Of a stretch of DNA of 64,000 nucleotides, positions 12,301 to 27,100 are shown in pieces. Within the stretch, counting starts at the first letter, position 1, and every line of letters starts with the position of its first letter. The DNA comes from Azolla caroliniana. Taxonomy: Eukaryota; Plantae; Polypodiophyta. Both the position numbers and the translations under genes were made by a program. A model generated the notes under the pieces. The model saw only the letters and a program-made list of their open reading frames with translations, was not told the DNA's origin and did not search any database. The stretch spans positions 1,178,001 to 1,242,000 of the forward strand of contig JBHGNT010000007.1 of the NCBI GenBank assembly GCA_043228905.1, in the 5' to 3' direction.

Positions 12301-14048
12301 CTGGACACCCCTTAATCAGGATGTCATCCAAGAATGACATGGTGATGTCTGGGATACAGTCCCTTAGCACCTTGTTCATTGTGTTCACCATGTGCCACCG
12401 ATTTGGTCCTTCCTTGCGGCAGGGTACACATCCGCACTAAACTGAGAGGAGTCTGCATTGTCGTAATATCCCTGCTTTCTACGGCTAGTTCGAATTGATC
12501 GTATCCTGAGTATAGATCACCAACCGAATAGATCGACCTTCCAACGAAGGCCTCTACTCGTCAATGGTCGGTCCGATTCTTGCGTTTCGAATGGTTAATG
12601 TTGTCGGGGTGGGGGGTGAAGCTTAGAATGGCTTGACCCCCCCCCCCCCCCCCCCCAAGGGGGTTACGATAGTGAGAGAGCTAGAGAGAGACAAATTGAA
12701 AATGACACAAAATGAGAGAGGAAAAAATGTATATCATTACATACCGCATAGGGGGTTTATATAATACATCTAATGTAACGGTTACATGACTGTTATAAAT
12801 AAGACCGTTACACATTCTTGTACACATGCACATAATTGTGCATGTGTCCGTACACATACTCATCCTCACATACTCATTTACTTTACACATACACATCAAC
12901 CACATCATTACACATACCCTTATGCCTCCCCATATATTCTTACGGGTAACAGTCACTTTGTTGACTGGCTGCAGGTCCTGAATGAAGCGTAACGTGCCGT
13001 TCTTCTTCAGCACCGTGAACCACCAATTTGAGTATGGGGCACTCGACAACTCGAGGATGCCCATCTCTACCTTCTGCTTTAGCAGCTCCATCAATTTCGG
13101 GATGTGAGCCCTGGGTACCACGACACATGCGATACGGTGAAGATAACCATTGGTTCTATGATCGTCGGGTCCACGCACCCGATCTCCTCCGGCGAGAATG
13201 CGAAGGCCCTCCCGTGCCTCCCGAGCATCTTCCGAAAACGGTCCTCTTCCGCCGACAGTAGAAAGTAACCCCCACCGATCTTGAGCTGTCGTAATGTTTT
13301 GTCGGTGAACCGGTGTCCTATGCCGGCTGGATTCCGCAAACTTGGGCCTGATGCGACCCCCTTTTTCCGTTCCTCATTGCCCTCCGGCAAGGGAGTCGCC
13401 CTCGGCCTCACCTTCCGGTCCACAGTCTTGTATTTCATGTTTTTGCGGGTCGTCTGATCCAACCTGACCTCTTCCCCGAAGCTCGCAATCACCTCGTACA
13501 TGCGGGGTAGGAAACTAAGGTGGGACCGCAGGTGCCCTAGACTGAGGATTGTGCGAAGATAAAGAAAAGAGAAACGAAAGAGAAAGGAACGAGGGATGTC
13601 GAGTACCAGCATGCACAACACTTGCCGGTTCAGACAGGGACTCAGCAACACGTCAAAGATACACAGAGGTTACACTTAGGAAGAATCGATTACCACCAAA
13701 CAGAGACTACAACAAGGATTGATACCAAGAAAAACAAAGATAGGTGCTCGGTTCCCAGTCTGACAACACCTCCTCCTCCAAAACCCGATATTTTTTTTAG
13801 TCTTTCTCTCGCGCCTTTTATAGGCGAGTGAGGGAGAGCTGTCACATCCAGTTACATCATCTTTATTCTTTGTCCCTTCGGACAGAGATACGCATCAATT
13901 TGCTAACCGATTCAATTTAATTTGCCTACATCACGCCGACCTATCCCCAATTATGCACAAAGTTAATCAATTTAAATGTTGATCCGTGTAGCATCGGTTC
14001 ACGCGCTTGGACTCCCGATTCCTCCCACGGCCGGTTTTCTTCACGACA
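9333..14048 (-). mobile_element. Ty3/Gypsy element A2: two LTRs, gag and protease deleted, decayed RT, RNase H and integrase
   Basis: Direct-repeat LTRs at 9333-9877 and 13501-14048; flanks GTGT and GTGC (4-bp TSD, 1 mismatch); pol fragments homologous to A1 (FLDD motif in ORF 12068-12391); pol (MYEV) abuts the 5' LTR at 13501. Confidence 0.9.
12599..12951. mobile_element. Solo LTR in the A2 RT, related to the 5115-5674 solo LTR
   Basis: TGTTG...TAACA termini; splits the host KVT/IRN sequence; degenerate TSD GTTAA/GTCAC; shares GGGGTGGGGGG...TAGAATGGCT...CCAAGGGGGTT with the other solo LTR. Confidence 0.78.
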
Positions 14049-17000
14049 GTGCAACACGGTGGCACTTGCAGCTCGACCTAGCCTAATTCACAACTTTTCA
14101 ATGAACTTTGAACGAAGTTCCTTCGCCTGTTCCATCAAAATGTTCCGCAATGCGAAATCATTGGCCAATTTTATTTAATTAGGCAGTTTGGTTAGGAGTC
14201 TATCGCCGATTTGACCATTAGCTTCCAAAACCTCTGCAACCAATTAATGCGAGCAGCCACTGAGGAGGAGGCCAAGGATACCTTTTTGGTCACCTTACTT
14301 AGACCCATGCAAATGAGGTTGGGCATGCTCGATTTCACAGGCTAAACAACGGACACGGTAATGGAGCGGGTCCTTCGGTTGGAGATGGAAGATATAGAAG
14401 AAAGCATGTCCATCACCTGCTTACGACAAGCGCTACCACAGGATGACGAGCACCTGTACCAACAGGCGATTTAGTGCACCATCTACCTCAATCCGGGACA
14501 TTCGGCAGTCAAGTGTAATATGCGGGCACACTGTCCAATCTACCACTCTAGGGCACACACGGTCGATCAATGCGAGTATAACCTCTTGAATCGACCCACA
14601 ACACCGGTTCGGAGAATCGAACCACAACGCAACGTAGGTAGCCAAACGAGCGGTTTCGCTAGGACGAGCGCTATCGGCACGCGGAGCACCCTCACTACAA
14701 TGAACGTGCTTGCCGAGACGACGACCACTATTGGGAAGATGAAGATAGAAATGATGATGACTACCGTCGAAATGACCGATACGACAATAGAAACGGGAAA
14801 CACTACGAAAATAGGCGTCCCACGAATAATAGAGGTGGGCAAGATGCACCATGGGCGTATGGAGGAGATCGATAACCTCACAACCAACGCCCACAAGACG
14901 ACAATTCAGAGGTGGACCGACGCCGACCTCACAATAACAATTAACGCGACTACCGCTGGAAACCCCGCAACACGCGTCACTACCAGTACTAGCCGCGACC
15001 TCGCGATGAGCCTGCATCACAGCCCGAGCGAGTGGCTCCACCAACAGCTGAAATATGCAAGTCCAGCGTGCACTACTTCATCTACCAATAGCCAAGGCAC
15101 TATGCAACCTAGTGCCCGCGACGTGACAAGGGGAAGGAACCTGCGGTCAATACGATCACGACAGAGGTCCAACAAGTGACAACCCGGAGCCAAGCGAAGG
15201 CATCCGATTGGGAAGTCAAGGACGACATTCACAACGCAGCGAAAGCATGGGTCGGAAAAGCCAATGAGGTGAACGTCGAACGAATGTGCCAGGAAAGCAC
15301 AACTGAAGCACCGACATCACGAACGGAGGAAGCCGTGACGGAGGATGATTCGATATGGCAAGCCCTCACCGATGGCCATATCACAATGACGATGAACAAA
15401 CTATTGAGCTTAGTCCTCAGGTTTCGGCAAATGATGGAATCACGAATGCGGAAGGCGGACCCGATGCTTATTCCTATGAATTTTGTGGAATCGACAACAT
15501 GGCCGACAATGGTCGACCACCATAACCCAACCATTAATGTAATCCTACAAGGGGAAGAAAATTTGGGATGCATCATTGATTGTGGCTCTCGAGTTAACAT
15601 CATCAACAAAGCTACTTGCAATCGCATGAGTATCACAAATTGGGAAGCATGCCCATCATGGTTATGCATGGTGGATATTAGATCCGTCCGACCATTAGGA
15701 CTATTGCGCAAATTGACAATCGTGATTGGCGGGCATGTGTTCGAAATATCAGCGGTGTTGTTGGCCCTTGACACTCTGGGAGCATACCCGTTACTACTAG
15801 GAAGACCTTGGTTATGTTCGGCGAACATCAAGCAAAATTGGTAGTACAACAACATCAACTTTCGCCGAGGCGGAGCGAAGTTCGAGTGCCGAAATAGGAA
15901 AGTGCACCACCAACAAAAGCCATGACTCCGTTATACACAGAGGAAGTCAATATGCTAGAGGGACTAAATGACAAGGAATTGGAAAATTATTTAAAAGAAA
16001 ACCCTTCAATCGTTCCGTTGTTCGATATTGACGTCATCAAAACAACGGACACTCCTGCGACAGTTGGAGATGAAGAATGCGAACCAGAGTGCTCATGGAG
16101 CTCCACATGGTACAGATGCATTCAAACGAGAGATGGAGATGTCCCGACACGTCACGACATCGGCATTAGAGAAGATCAATGTCGAAACTTCCGACGCACG
16201 ACGAGTACACTCGATTGCAAAGGATTTACCACCTTCGGGAAAGGTGACCATGATCGAATTACTGCACGAATATAAAGATGTGTTCGCATGGTCCCATGAA
16301 GATATGAAAGGGCTAGATCCGAAATTCTACCAGCACCAAATTAACCTCGTGACGGACGTGAAGCTCGTCCAACAGCGGCGATATCGCATGAATCTGAACT
16401 ACGCGGTTCGCGTAAAAGATGAAATCGATAAACTTTTGAAGCTTGGAGCAGGAGCAAAGACGATGCAAGGCCTTTGTCAATCGACCTCGTAAAGGAAATG
16501 AAAAGGATTTCGAGATCAGCAAAGTTGTTTTATTGTTCCAAACACGCATGGGACAAATGCTCAGAAAACTTCGATTTTGATGGATAGGGCCGTACTAGAT
16601 CACAGACGTCGAAAATGGTACTTTCAAACTAGGTCCTTCCAAGCAAAGTCAATGGGTTCTTGTTAAAAGTGTATATGGGGCCCACGCCACCGAACCCATT
16701 TTCAAAAAAATCGGACACAAGAACCGCCAAATCACTCCCTGCTGACGTGACCTCGTGGGATGGACCTCACACTCTCTAAATTAAGGGGCATTCAATGTAT
16801 TAGTATTGTACCATGAGCGTAAATTTTACCGTTTTACGGGAGAAAATAAAAAAACAAAAGGGGGACATTCAGAACTATTTAAGCCTCATACATGCAGACA
16901 TGCATGCAGTCCAAGAAAAGCAACTAACCTGTTGTTCAAACGTGGCATAATGGATCGAAGAATCTTGATTAAGGATCTCTCTCGCCCTCCCACTAAAAAA

Positions 17001-18755
17001 GAAGACACCAGCGTCTTGGCCCCCATCTCACACACAGACACAGTCACTCTCCAACCTTCTTGCTCTCCTCGCTTCCATCACTCTCCTGCAGCACAGACAT
17101 CTACACAGGCTCACACTTGGCACTCAATCTTCGACCCACCTATTCTCATGGGCATCGAGATGTCCCCTGCTCTTCGCCAATGGCTCATCGCTCACGGATG
17201 TACAATGTACATCCGCATCGCTAAAGCACAACCTCATCCGAATGCAATGGACATTGACGCCAAGATCAACATTGACACTATCACCAACACCATGATCAGC
17301 CTCAGCTCGCTCGGGAACCAATGCTTAGAGATCCTGCCCACCGCAGTACTCGAAAAATATTTCGGCCGAGTACTCAGCTTCGGAGAGATCCAAGCAAGCG
17401 GCGTCTGCGAACTCCAAACAACTAAGTTGCAGGAGGAAGAAACAGAGCGGCCTCAGAAAACCACGTCGCCCCTGACCGGTTAAATCGACAATCGACATCT
17501 CCATGTCTGCGGAGCGACAGATGGAAACCGCAGACACGGTCTGCCAAAGGAGCGAACAAAATAGGGAGGAGCCGCTGCGAAACCCGAAGCTGAAACGTTG
17601 CCAACTCGATCGGAAAAATGGCCAAGTATTGGCAAAGGATGTAGTGGTGAAGCCGACCATCGAGATGTTGGTCGAAGGGTCGACAACGATCGTTTCGGAC
17701 ACAACCAAGGGAACAACACTCACCAGAAAGTTAGACCGAGGCAAAGGTTCCTTGATCTCAGAGGACTAAGTCCTCACATACAGAGAGATTTCGGCCGTCG
17801 CACATGAATTCGCGGCAATTTTACAGTTCGGCACATCGTTTGAACTTGTGGAGTTCTTGGCAACGCAGCAAGTTGTTGTGGTCAGGCGCATGACCAAAGA
17901 ACATTTCAAGAGAGAAATGATTCAGCACGCAATCACTGGTCTCATCAAGCCGGAAGAGGAAAACACCTTTAGCAAAATCAACAGAAAACGGCACACAGAC
18001 GGCGGGCACATGACAATCGAATTACCATCCTTGAATATGGCCCTAGTCGAAGTTCACCAGGAGATGGCCCAGGTCCGCCTCGGAGCAAGGATATGGCTTC
18101 CAAGAATAAGCAAGCAAGAGAACGGAGGAGGAGTTCAAAAGATAGATACAAGAGTTGCAAGAAAAAGTGGCCGACCTCTAGATGCAATTACAAAATGCCA
18201 CACCTACAGCCCTAGAAGAAGGATTGTGCACATGACATGGAGAAGGTTTATGAGTCCGAACGAGTAGAAGAGGAAAAGGAGCAAGACATGGAGCAGGACA
18301 TGGAGACAATCCCGTTCCCCAATAGTGAATCCGCCTTTACAATCTCCCCTCGACATGGACATCACGGAGCAGCTAGCGGCCAAAACTATGGAGTCCACCA
18401 CACCCCAACCACCGCCTATGACCCCCGCCCAACCACATCGTCACGACCCCGCGTTGGAGTTCGGACAGGAACAAGATGCAAGGGAGTTGGAGCCATCCCC
18501 AACCCTCAATAGACAATCCAAACCCGATTCAAAACCAACCAAGCGCAGTATTCTAAACATTTTTTACGAAGCCGGAGCGACCCATGGGTTCAACCATGCA
18601 TGCACTGTCCTACGGGCGTGCCATGTGTTGGTCAGGTCGGATGGCCAAGTGTAGAAAGGACGGAGGCCGGTTAGAAAGAGTAAAGAGAATGGGTAGGGCG
18701 AAGTTATTATTATGCAGAAATAGATAATTGTAATAATAGAAAATATATTGAATAG
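14049..18755 (+). mobile_element. Ty3/Gypsy element B1: diverged non-chromovirus copy with gag, protease, RT start, integrase C-terminus, extra ORF remnant and truncated 3' LTR
   Basis: CAACA followed by PBS-like TGGCAC at about 14053-14066; protease IIDCGSRVNI (15176-15844); YKDVFAWSHEDMKG (RT start) fused at about 16445 to the integrase GPY region; extra ORF at about 16950-18570; LTR TGTTG at 18626. Homologous to B2 and B3. Confidence 0.85.
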
Positions 18756-18765
18756 ACATAACGGT

Positions 18766-19354
18766 TCATGTGCAGACGTAATTGTCCATGAGCATTTCTG
18801 GTTTGCTTACCATGTTGCCAATGTTCACATAATGTAAAATCTGAAAATGACAACTTAGGTATGTGACCATATCCATGTCATTTCGTGACATGTGACCTAA
18901 ATGGTCATGCCAAATGCCCATCGTAAGTTGGTTTATGATAGCCAAAAGATGTTCCTTTTGATGAACAAATAGTGGGTAGAGGGAACCCACTTTATTCCCT
19001 TTTGCAATAATCATATTTCCTTATGTTATACAAAAGGATTGGGAAACAAATATTAGCTTATAACTGTTGTAAGATGAGTTAGTTGGGGAACATGGCATAT
19101 GTCTTTCATGGTAAGATGAGAACCATCACTAAAATGCACTAATGTGAGTCTCGAAGTCTAACTTTGCCAAATGACTTGGCTTCATAACATGTGAGCCACT
19201 CTCTATGTCGAGTCACATGAAATGATGCACCAGAGTCCAACAACCACCTATAGGAGGGAGAAAAAACCATATTTACCCTAGCATGTGTGGTAACATCATC
19301 TAAAACCCAAATGCTTGTCTCATCACATGTTACATTTATTTCTTCTATTTCCAT
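18766..19354 (-). pseudogene. Ty1/Copia pol fragment (protease and GAG-pre-integrase region)
   Basis: WLLDSGASFHVT; KGNKVGSLYPL...IWHDHLGHMS. Confidence 0.85.
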
Positions 19355-19373
19355 TGAGGAAGAGCGACCAATA

Positions 19374-19770
19374 TGTTGGAGACAAGGCCGTCAGTGCAGA
19401 AACAAGAACAAAGTTGATGACAGAAGTAAATAAGATGTACAGATTGAATCAAGCAATGACAACCTAACAGAGATCAAGATCAACAAGTTTATGAAGATCA
19501 ACAAGTTGATGACAAAAGTAAACAAGATGTACAGATTGAATCAAGCAATGACAACCTAACAGAGATCAAGATCAAGTAATGAACAACAGCGTGAGAGAGA
19601 CACACACACATAGGCACACAATGTATTTGTATTATTCAAGAATGATACAACACAAGAATGGCAGCACCAACAACATCATGAACTAGGTTACAAAGTGTAT
19701 TTATATAGTAATTGAGCTAGGATAATTGCCCTTTAGTCTTATTACAAATGTTTCCTAAACCTAATTTGTT
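19374..19770. repeat. LTR-like fragment containing a direct repeat of about 75 bp
   Basis: Starts TGTTGG; AAGTTGATGACA...GATCAAGATCAA occurs twice (about 19412 and 19503); contains GTATTTATATAG. No second terminus or TSD found. Confidence 0.45.
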
Positions 19771-19771
19771 T

Positions 19772-20620
19772 GAACTCCCTTTGCTTCATTCCCAACTCAC
19801 AAAGAAAATTTCTCATCCAAATCAGCTCTTTGCGGGCCTCTACTGCTGCCATATACTTTGCCTCTGTGGTCGACAAAGCTAGAGACTTCTGCAATCGTGA
19901 CTACCATGACACTGCTCCCCCTACATAGGGTATCATGTACCCTGAGGTGGATCGACTGGAGTCTATATCCCTCGACATGTACAGGTCAGTAACACCTTCG
20001 AGCATAGGTTTTCCGACACCATACCTTAGGCATACCCTTGAGGTGCCTTTCAAGTACTTGAGTATCCATTTCACCATTGCCTAGTGTTCTCTTCTTGGAT
20101 TACTCATGTATCGGCTTACTGCCCCCACATCAAATGTTATGTCTGGTCTCGTACAGACCATGGCATACATCAAACTGTCAATAGTCGAGGCATATGGTAC
20201 TTTCCTCATCTCAGCCTTTTCCTTCTCCCTCTTCGGGCATTGCTTGGCATTCAACTTGTAGTTTGTCGGCAACAAAAAGCCGATTGGCTTTGTTTCCGAC
20301 GTGTTGAATCGTTCTAGGATCTTTGTCACATACTTCTTTTGTGACATCCACAACACCTTCTTAGTTATATCTTGAACTATGTGCATCCCTAAGATCTGCT
20401 TGGCTGGACCAAGATCTTTCATGGCAAACAACTTGACTAGTGCTTTCTTGAAGCTCCCGATATTCCTTATATCTTGTCCAACTATCAACATGTCATCCAC
20501 ATATAATAAGAGAATTAAGATGTCACTTTCATTGTTCCTTTTTACGAACACAAAGTGATTAGCCTGTGTTTTCTGGAACCTATGTTCCATCATGAAGGAC
20601 TCGAACTTCTTGTACCATTG
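19772..20620 (-). pseudogene. Copia E, 3' part (second half of RT and start of RNase H)
   Basis: QWYKKF, LLLYVDDMLI, MKDLG, YAMVCTRPDI, TTEAKYMA. Confidence 0.9.
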
Positions 20621-20976
20621 ACCACCCTCGAGCGAAGGGATCGAGATGGACTTGAGCCTCGATCGACATCTCATACCACCGTCGTGGCGTCGATTCGTAC
20701 CTGGTGCTTACGCGCTCGCTACAAGAGTTGACCAACCATAATGACGGAGTCTCAACGTAGTCGATCATGTATCAAATGAGGGTAGCTAGGCCTCATATTT
20801 ATAGCCAAACCTAAGGCCCTCAGGCAAGTTCACACTTGCCCTAATGGGTTGTCCTTATCCCAAGGATTACAAGTAATCCTTTACTACTTTACACGCTTGT
20901 TTAACCCTCACACTTTATCCATGTGTATAGAATACTATGATAAAACTTACTATGGGATATGGCCATGCCCGTAACA

Positions 20977-21132
20977 TACTCCCCCGCTTTAAAACATTGC
21001 ACTCTTGCAATGGAAAGTTAGGGAAGTTAGTTGTAAGTGTATTTTCGCGTTCCCATGTGGCATTTTTTATAGACTTATCCATCTGTTTTATTTTAAATTA
21101 TCGGATTATTTTAGAACGCAAATATTTCGTTT
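20977..21132 (-). pseudogene. Chromodomain at the C-terminus of the element D integrase
   Basis: Manual translation: KYLRSKIIR*FKIKQMDKSIKNATWERENTLTTNFPNFPL (ATWE...FP motif), running into the PPT. Confidence 0.75.
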
Positions 21133-24100
21133 TGTTGAGAGATTAAGCTAAACTTAGTTTAGTTATTTAGTCAACCATGTAACTTTGTAGTTACTTGGAT
21201 AGAATCTAGTTAGGAGTGTTGACTATAACGCATTAAATAGGACCTTGTACTTAACTGGGATATTCTAGATCCTCCACTCCTAAGTACATTTAATATAGGA
21301 CTTACACCTTAGTACCTATATTCTACTCACACATGTGCACCTTTGCACATGAGATGTATATATACCTCATCGTGGGTATTTTTGTATTTGATGATCATAA
21401 TGCTAATTTAATATAGAGTTAATTATCCCCCATCTTGTGTTATTCATAAGTGTATCTTCCTCTCACACACATATCACATAATCTTCCGTGCTTAACTTAA
21501 TCACATAATTAGGTACTAATTAACCCTTGCTTAATTACCTACTTATTAACATGGTATTAGAGCATGTGGTTTAGAACATCCACAAAGCCTACTCGACTCT
21601 GTGATTGTGTGTTCAAAACGCCGACGACAAATTCCGGCTATTCGCTACCGTAGTGCCGCTATGTAGCACACGTACGTGATCGAATGAAAAAAAAAGCAAA
21701 ATGGAAGGCACTACAATCAACATGAACACACAAATGGGTAGCTCGCTCCCTAGTGAAAAGCAACATGTGTCCACGACCACATGCTTAGCCACATTCGAGA
21801 CACCAAGACGCCTAAAGAAGCGTGGACGAACTTAAAGAAAACATTTGCCAGCAACATGACCGCCCGAAAGCTTCAACTCCGACAAGAGTTGAACAACATT
21901 AAGCAAAAAGATATGTTTGTGTTGGACTACACCGTCAAGATCAAGAACATTTGTGACTCACTTGGCTCCATCCACGTAAACGTCGATGAAGATGAGATTT
22001 TTCAAGTATGCTTGGGTGGCCTCGCACAACAATTCGACTTGTTGAGGACGGCAATCTTGGCGAGGGAAAACCGTCCTTCGTTCTTCGACCTTCAATCAAT
22101 GCTAATGGTTGAAGAGAACCACGTCCAAACCAAAACCAAGACATGAGAAGGACAAATGTTCTTTTCGAATTCGGATGGTGGCCGAGAACGAAGTCGAAGC
22201 GGTAGAAGAGGTCAATTCGGCCCTTCACACGAAGGGAACTCAAACCGTCACGGAAGCCATCGAGGAACCTTCGAAAGAAGGGGGAGCTTCCATGCCGAAC
22301 AAGGTCGGAAAATGAGGCCCGCAACTTGCAACTATTGCGGAAAAATTGGCCACCGTGAGGAGGAGTGCCGAAAAAGAAAATGCAAGTCAGCTTCAACAAG
22401 TCGACAACTCACGAATTACGCAATCAACTCTAAATACGACGACTACGGCAGACTATTCGTAATGAGACATTGAGCGAACTGTATGATGGCCTCCGACTCC
22501 GCAAGCACCTCCAATTCGGAAGACGTGTAGTTCGTAGAATTTGGCGTGTCACATCACATGACATCCCACGAAGAGTGGTTCAATGACTTTCGTACACCGG
22601 ATCGACCCGACTACATAGAGAAGGGAGACGACACCACACATCCCATTCGGCATATCGGCAACATTCCATTCGGCAACGACGGGAAGAACAATTGCATCAA
22701 GAATGTCTTGCACGTGCCTACGATAACGAAGAATTTAGTCTCGGTAGACCAAATCGTGGAGCAGGGAATGGAAGTCTGCTTCAACAACGAAGGTTGTTTC
22801 ATTGAGAAAGATGGCTGACTCATAGCCAAGGGACGGAGAGACAGTTGAATGTTCATCCTCGATTCAAATGAGGTGAAAACGGCCATGTATGCCAAAGGTC
22901 GCAAAAACGAGACAAGCATCGAGTTGTGGCACAAGAGAATCGGCCACACCAACCTCCAACGGCTCCAAGCTATGCAAACAAAGGGAGTTGTCATCGGACT
23001 TCCGACATTCTAGTCGAAACGAGTCGACCGAGTATGCGAAGCATGTGAACTCGGCTAACAACATCGACCCCCATTCCCGAAGGAGAGCCACACAAGCAAA
23101 GTCCTCCTCAACACCATCCACACGAATGTATGGGGACCGGCTCAAACACCGACGATCAGCGGATGCCGATTCTATGTCACCTTCATCGACGACTACTCGC
23201 GCTACACGTGGATCTTCCCGATGAAGAAGAAGAGCAAAGTGTTCTCCCACTTCCAAAAGCTCAAGGGCCAAGTCAAAAAAGAAACCGGTCGGCACATTAG
23301 ATGCCCACGATCGGATGAAGGCAATGAGTACTTCTCTGATGAATTCACCTCCTACCTTGCATTGCGAATGTATGCATCCCGAACAAACAGCAACAGAAGC
23401 CCGACGTGAAGTCGGAGGAATGTATCCTCATAGGTGTTGTCCGCCGGAATAGTAATCGACGGCCAAAAGCGTAGGAATAAGAAACTATATAAAGCATAAC
23501 GTATGTAACGGTTCACGCTTCCCCACGTGAATGGCTAATTAGACCCTGCATATATAAAGGGCAGAAAACCTCTTAAGGAGGTGCGTGTAAATTTTGAGAA
23601 TTGTAAAAGAACGCCTGATAATAGAATATTATCTTCTCTGAGTTTCTGTGTATAGCTACGACTAATTCAGTGTCTGTGTCTCGGATACGTAAGCGTAGTA
23701 GTACGTAAGCGCAACCTGTGATAAGGAGTCGGTTGTAGCCGTCTTCCCTTACACACGAAGGAACCACAACGGTTCTCTTCTTACGCAGTACCCTTAAGCT
23801 CTGTTCGTTGTTCCCACTTACCTTGGGGTCTAGGTCCATGGACTGACCACAGACCGTGTTCCTAAGAGGCAACACTTTTGGCACGCTTGGTGATCTGTGT
23901 TTCCTCACAGACGAGCAACAACGAATGGATGTTTAGCTGCAGACGACCCAGAGAACCAACAAGACAAGACCGGCCAATAACAAGGTCCGTCACACGCCAA
24001 GCAGAAGAACGCGCCCGGTAAAAGCCGCGCATCGGCGACCCTAGTAATACCTCGATGAGGCAAGGGGATTCCTTGCTCCCCAAATACCTCGACGAGGCAA

Positions 24101-24158
24101 GGGGACCACGCTTACCGCAGCGAACCGGTGACCTTTTCCGATCCGCTGTAGCTCCCAC

Positions 24159-27100
24159 GATGGCCTTTGCCTACCCCCTCTTTAACGGCGAAACCGACGC
24201 CGCAACTCATATTTGCATGTTCTTGAACGTTTGGAATGCGAACCACATGGCACAGAACCTTTCCGAGACGGTGGCACACCAGTCGAAAATGACGGAGTTC
24301 GGATTAACATTAGATGGGCGTGCGGCGTTCTGGCATTCACAGATGGATTTACCAGCCATAACAACCTTCGATCAGCTGCAGTCCGCCTTCTTGCGTTTTT
24401 TCCACCGGAGGGTTCCACAACGCGAGATTCTCGGGCAGTTTTATACAATTAAGCAACTACCGATCGAGACGATAGTAGACTTCAACTTACGGTTCCAAAA
24501 TTTACAACGAAAACTGGATCGAAGCCCTGCGGAGGAGGAGGCTCAGGAGACATTTCTGGCAGCGTTACGCCGGCCCATCCGGGCAACGTTCAATAGCAAT
24601 AGCGTGAAAGGGGAAACGGCGGATATGGTGATTGAACGAGCATTACATCTCGAATTGGATGACGAGGAGGAGAGGTTTTTGATGTCATCCTTACGACAAG
24701 CGTTACCTCAGGATGAGGAACGCCAATTTCGTCAGGCAATCCAGTGCATGATTTGCTTGAACTCGGGGCATTCCGCGGTGGAGTGCAATATGCGAATCTA
24801 CTTCCCAATCTGCCACTCGAAGGTTCACACAGTCGACCAATGCGAGTACAATATGTTAAACAGAGCCACGCCCGCGGTCCGTAGCATGGACACACAGTGG
24901 CAACCACATCGGGCGGAACAAAAGAGGCAAGAAGACCGACCCCGGTATAAGGATCGCAACCCGCCGGAGGACAGGTACAACCGGAATCGCCGGAATCACA
25001 ATGAGTCCAACGAGGAGGACCCGGAGGACGAGAATTATCGTGGACATCCGAGTTACGCCAAAGGGGGTCGGCAATACGAACATCAACACCCGATAAACAA
25101 ACGGGGCGGCTTCAATGGCTATCGGGGTAAGCCTCGACAATATAGGGATCATCGGCGTTACGACGAAAGCTCGGGGGATGAGCGGCACCAGGAACAATGA
25201 CGGGATGAACAGCAGCCACCGCGTATGTCCCGACAAACGAGGCCGGACCGCGAAGAGCAAGTAGCGCCCGGAGAACGGCACACTCCACCTGGGGTTGAGA
25301 AGGGAGAATCAAGCATCCATTGTTTTATTTGTCAGCAACCCGGACATTATGCCACACAATGCCCGGCACGCAAGGGAAAGGGGCCCGCCGTCAACACGAT
25401 TACGGCGGAGGTGCAACAAGTCACGACACGCCAGCAAACGAAAACGGTGGATTGGGCTGCGCAGGATGAGGTACGACGACAAGCCCAAGCCTGGGTGGAA
25501 AAAGCAAACACGACCAATACGAAACGTATGAGGCAGGAGTCCGCGAACGCAATGAAGCGGACAGAGAACGAAAAACCGGGGCCGGACCCCATTTGGCAGG
25601 TGTCAGCAAGCTGTGAAATCACGTTAACTATGGGAAAACTGCTACAGCTAGTTCCACATTTCCACCAGACCATGGAAGCACAGGTGGCGGGCATGTCCGG
25701 GCCGAGCGTTGCCACAAACCTGACTGACGTCAGCGAGGAACCACTAGTGGTGGATCAGCACAACCCGACCATTACAGTAATATTGCACGGCCGGAAAACC
25801 CTGGATGTGTAATCGACGATGGCTCAAGCGTCAATGTGATTAGCGCGAAAACTTGCGAACAGTTGGGCATTTCCGAATGGGAGGTGTGTCCATTCTGGCT
25901 TCGCATGGCAGATACCCGATCAGTGCGACCGTTGGGGCTAATTCGCAAAATAGGCATCATTGTGGGCGGACACCGCTTCGACATATCGGCGGTCGTCCTC
26001 GCTTTGGACGCACCAGGAGCGTACCCAATGCTTCTAGGCAGACCATGGCTTCGGACAACAAATATCAAGCACAGCTGGCAACACGAGTGTATCAGTTTCC
26101 AGCATGGACGCATCAAGGTTCGTGTTCCTACGGAAGGCAACACGCCCCAACCTAAGGGGATAACACCGTGGAGGAGGATGCCAAATTGGAAGCGTACCTT
26201 GACGAACATCCTCGGATTATTCCACTATTCGAGATAGATGTCATCGCAACTGCGGCAGAATATACTACGGCCATTGTTCCGAGCAAAGAGCCGTACGAAC
26301 CAAACCCAGAGTCCATATTGGAACTCAGCAGAGCACGGGCAGCCTTCGAAAGGGAAATGGAGATTTCACGACGGGTCACCGCTTCTCCTCTCGACGAAGT
26401 AAATGTGGGTACGGGATCGGAACCCCGGTTCCTCTCCATAGCAAGGGAATTGAGGCCGGACTAGAGAACCACAATGATCGCACTACTCATGGAATATAAA
26501 GATGTGTTCGCGTGGGCTCATGAGGACATGAAAGGGTTAGATCCCAAGTTCTATCAGCATAAGATCAATTTAACAACGGACGCGAAACCTGTCCAGCAGC
26601 GTCGCTACCGCATGAACCCCAATTACGTGACCCGCGTGAAAGAAGAAATTGACAAGCTGCCGAGGGCTGGGTTCATACGGCCAGTAAAACAAGCGACATG
26701 GCTTAGCCCGATAGTGGTTGTCCCAAAGAAAAACGACAAAATACGGGTATGCGTGGATTACCGGAAATTAAACGCCGTAACCATTATGGACGCATTTCCC
26801 TTACCCTTCACCGATAGCGTGCTGGACGTCGTCGCAGGCCATGACATGTACAGTTTCTTAGATGACTTCAGTGGCTATAACCAAGTACGCATGCACCCCG
26901 ACGACCAGGAGAAGATGACATTTGTCACGGACTGGGGAGTATATGTGGCGGTCGTCATGATGTTCGGGCTAAAGACAACACCGGCAACATTCCAACGAAC
27001 GATTACGGAGATCTTTGGGGAATACATTCCGGTGTTCATGCAAGTCTTTTTAGACGATTTTGCGGTATATGGGCGAACAAAAGACCATTTCTCGCACTTA

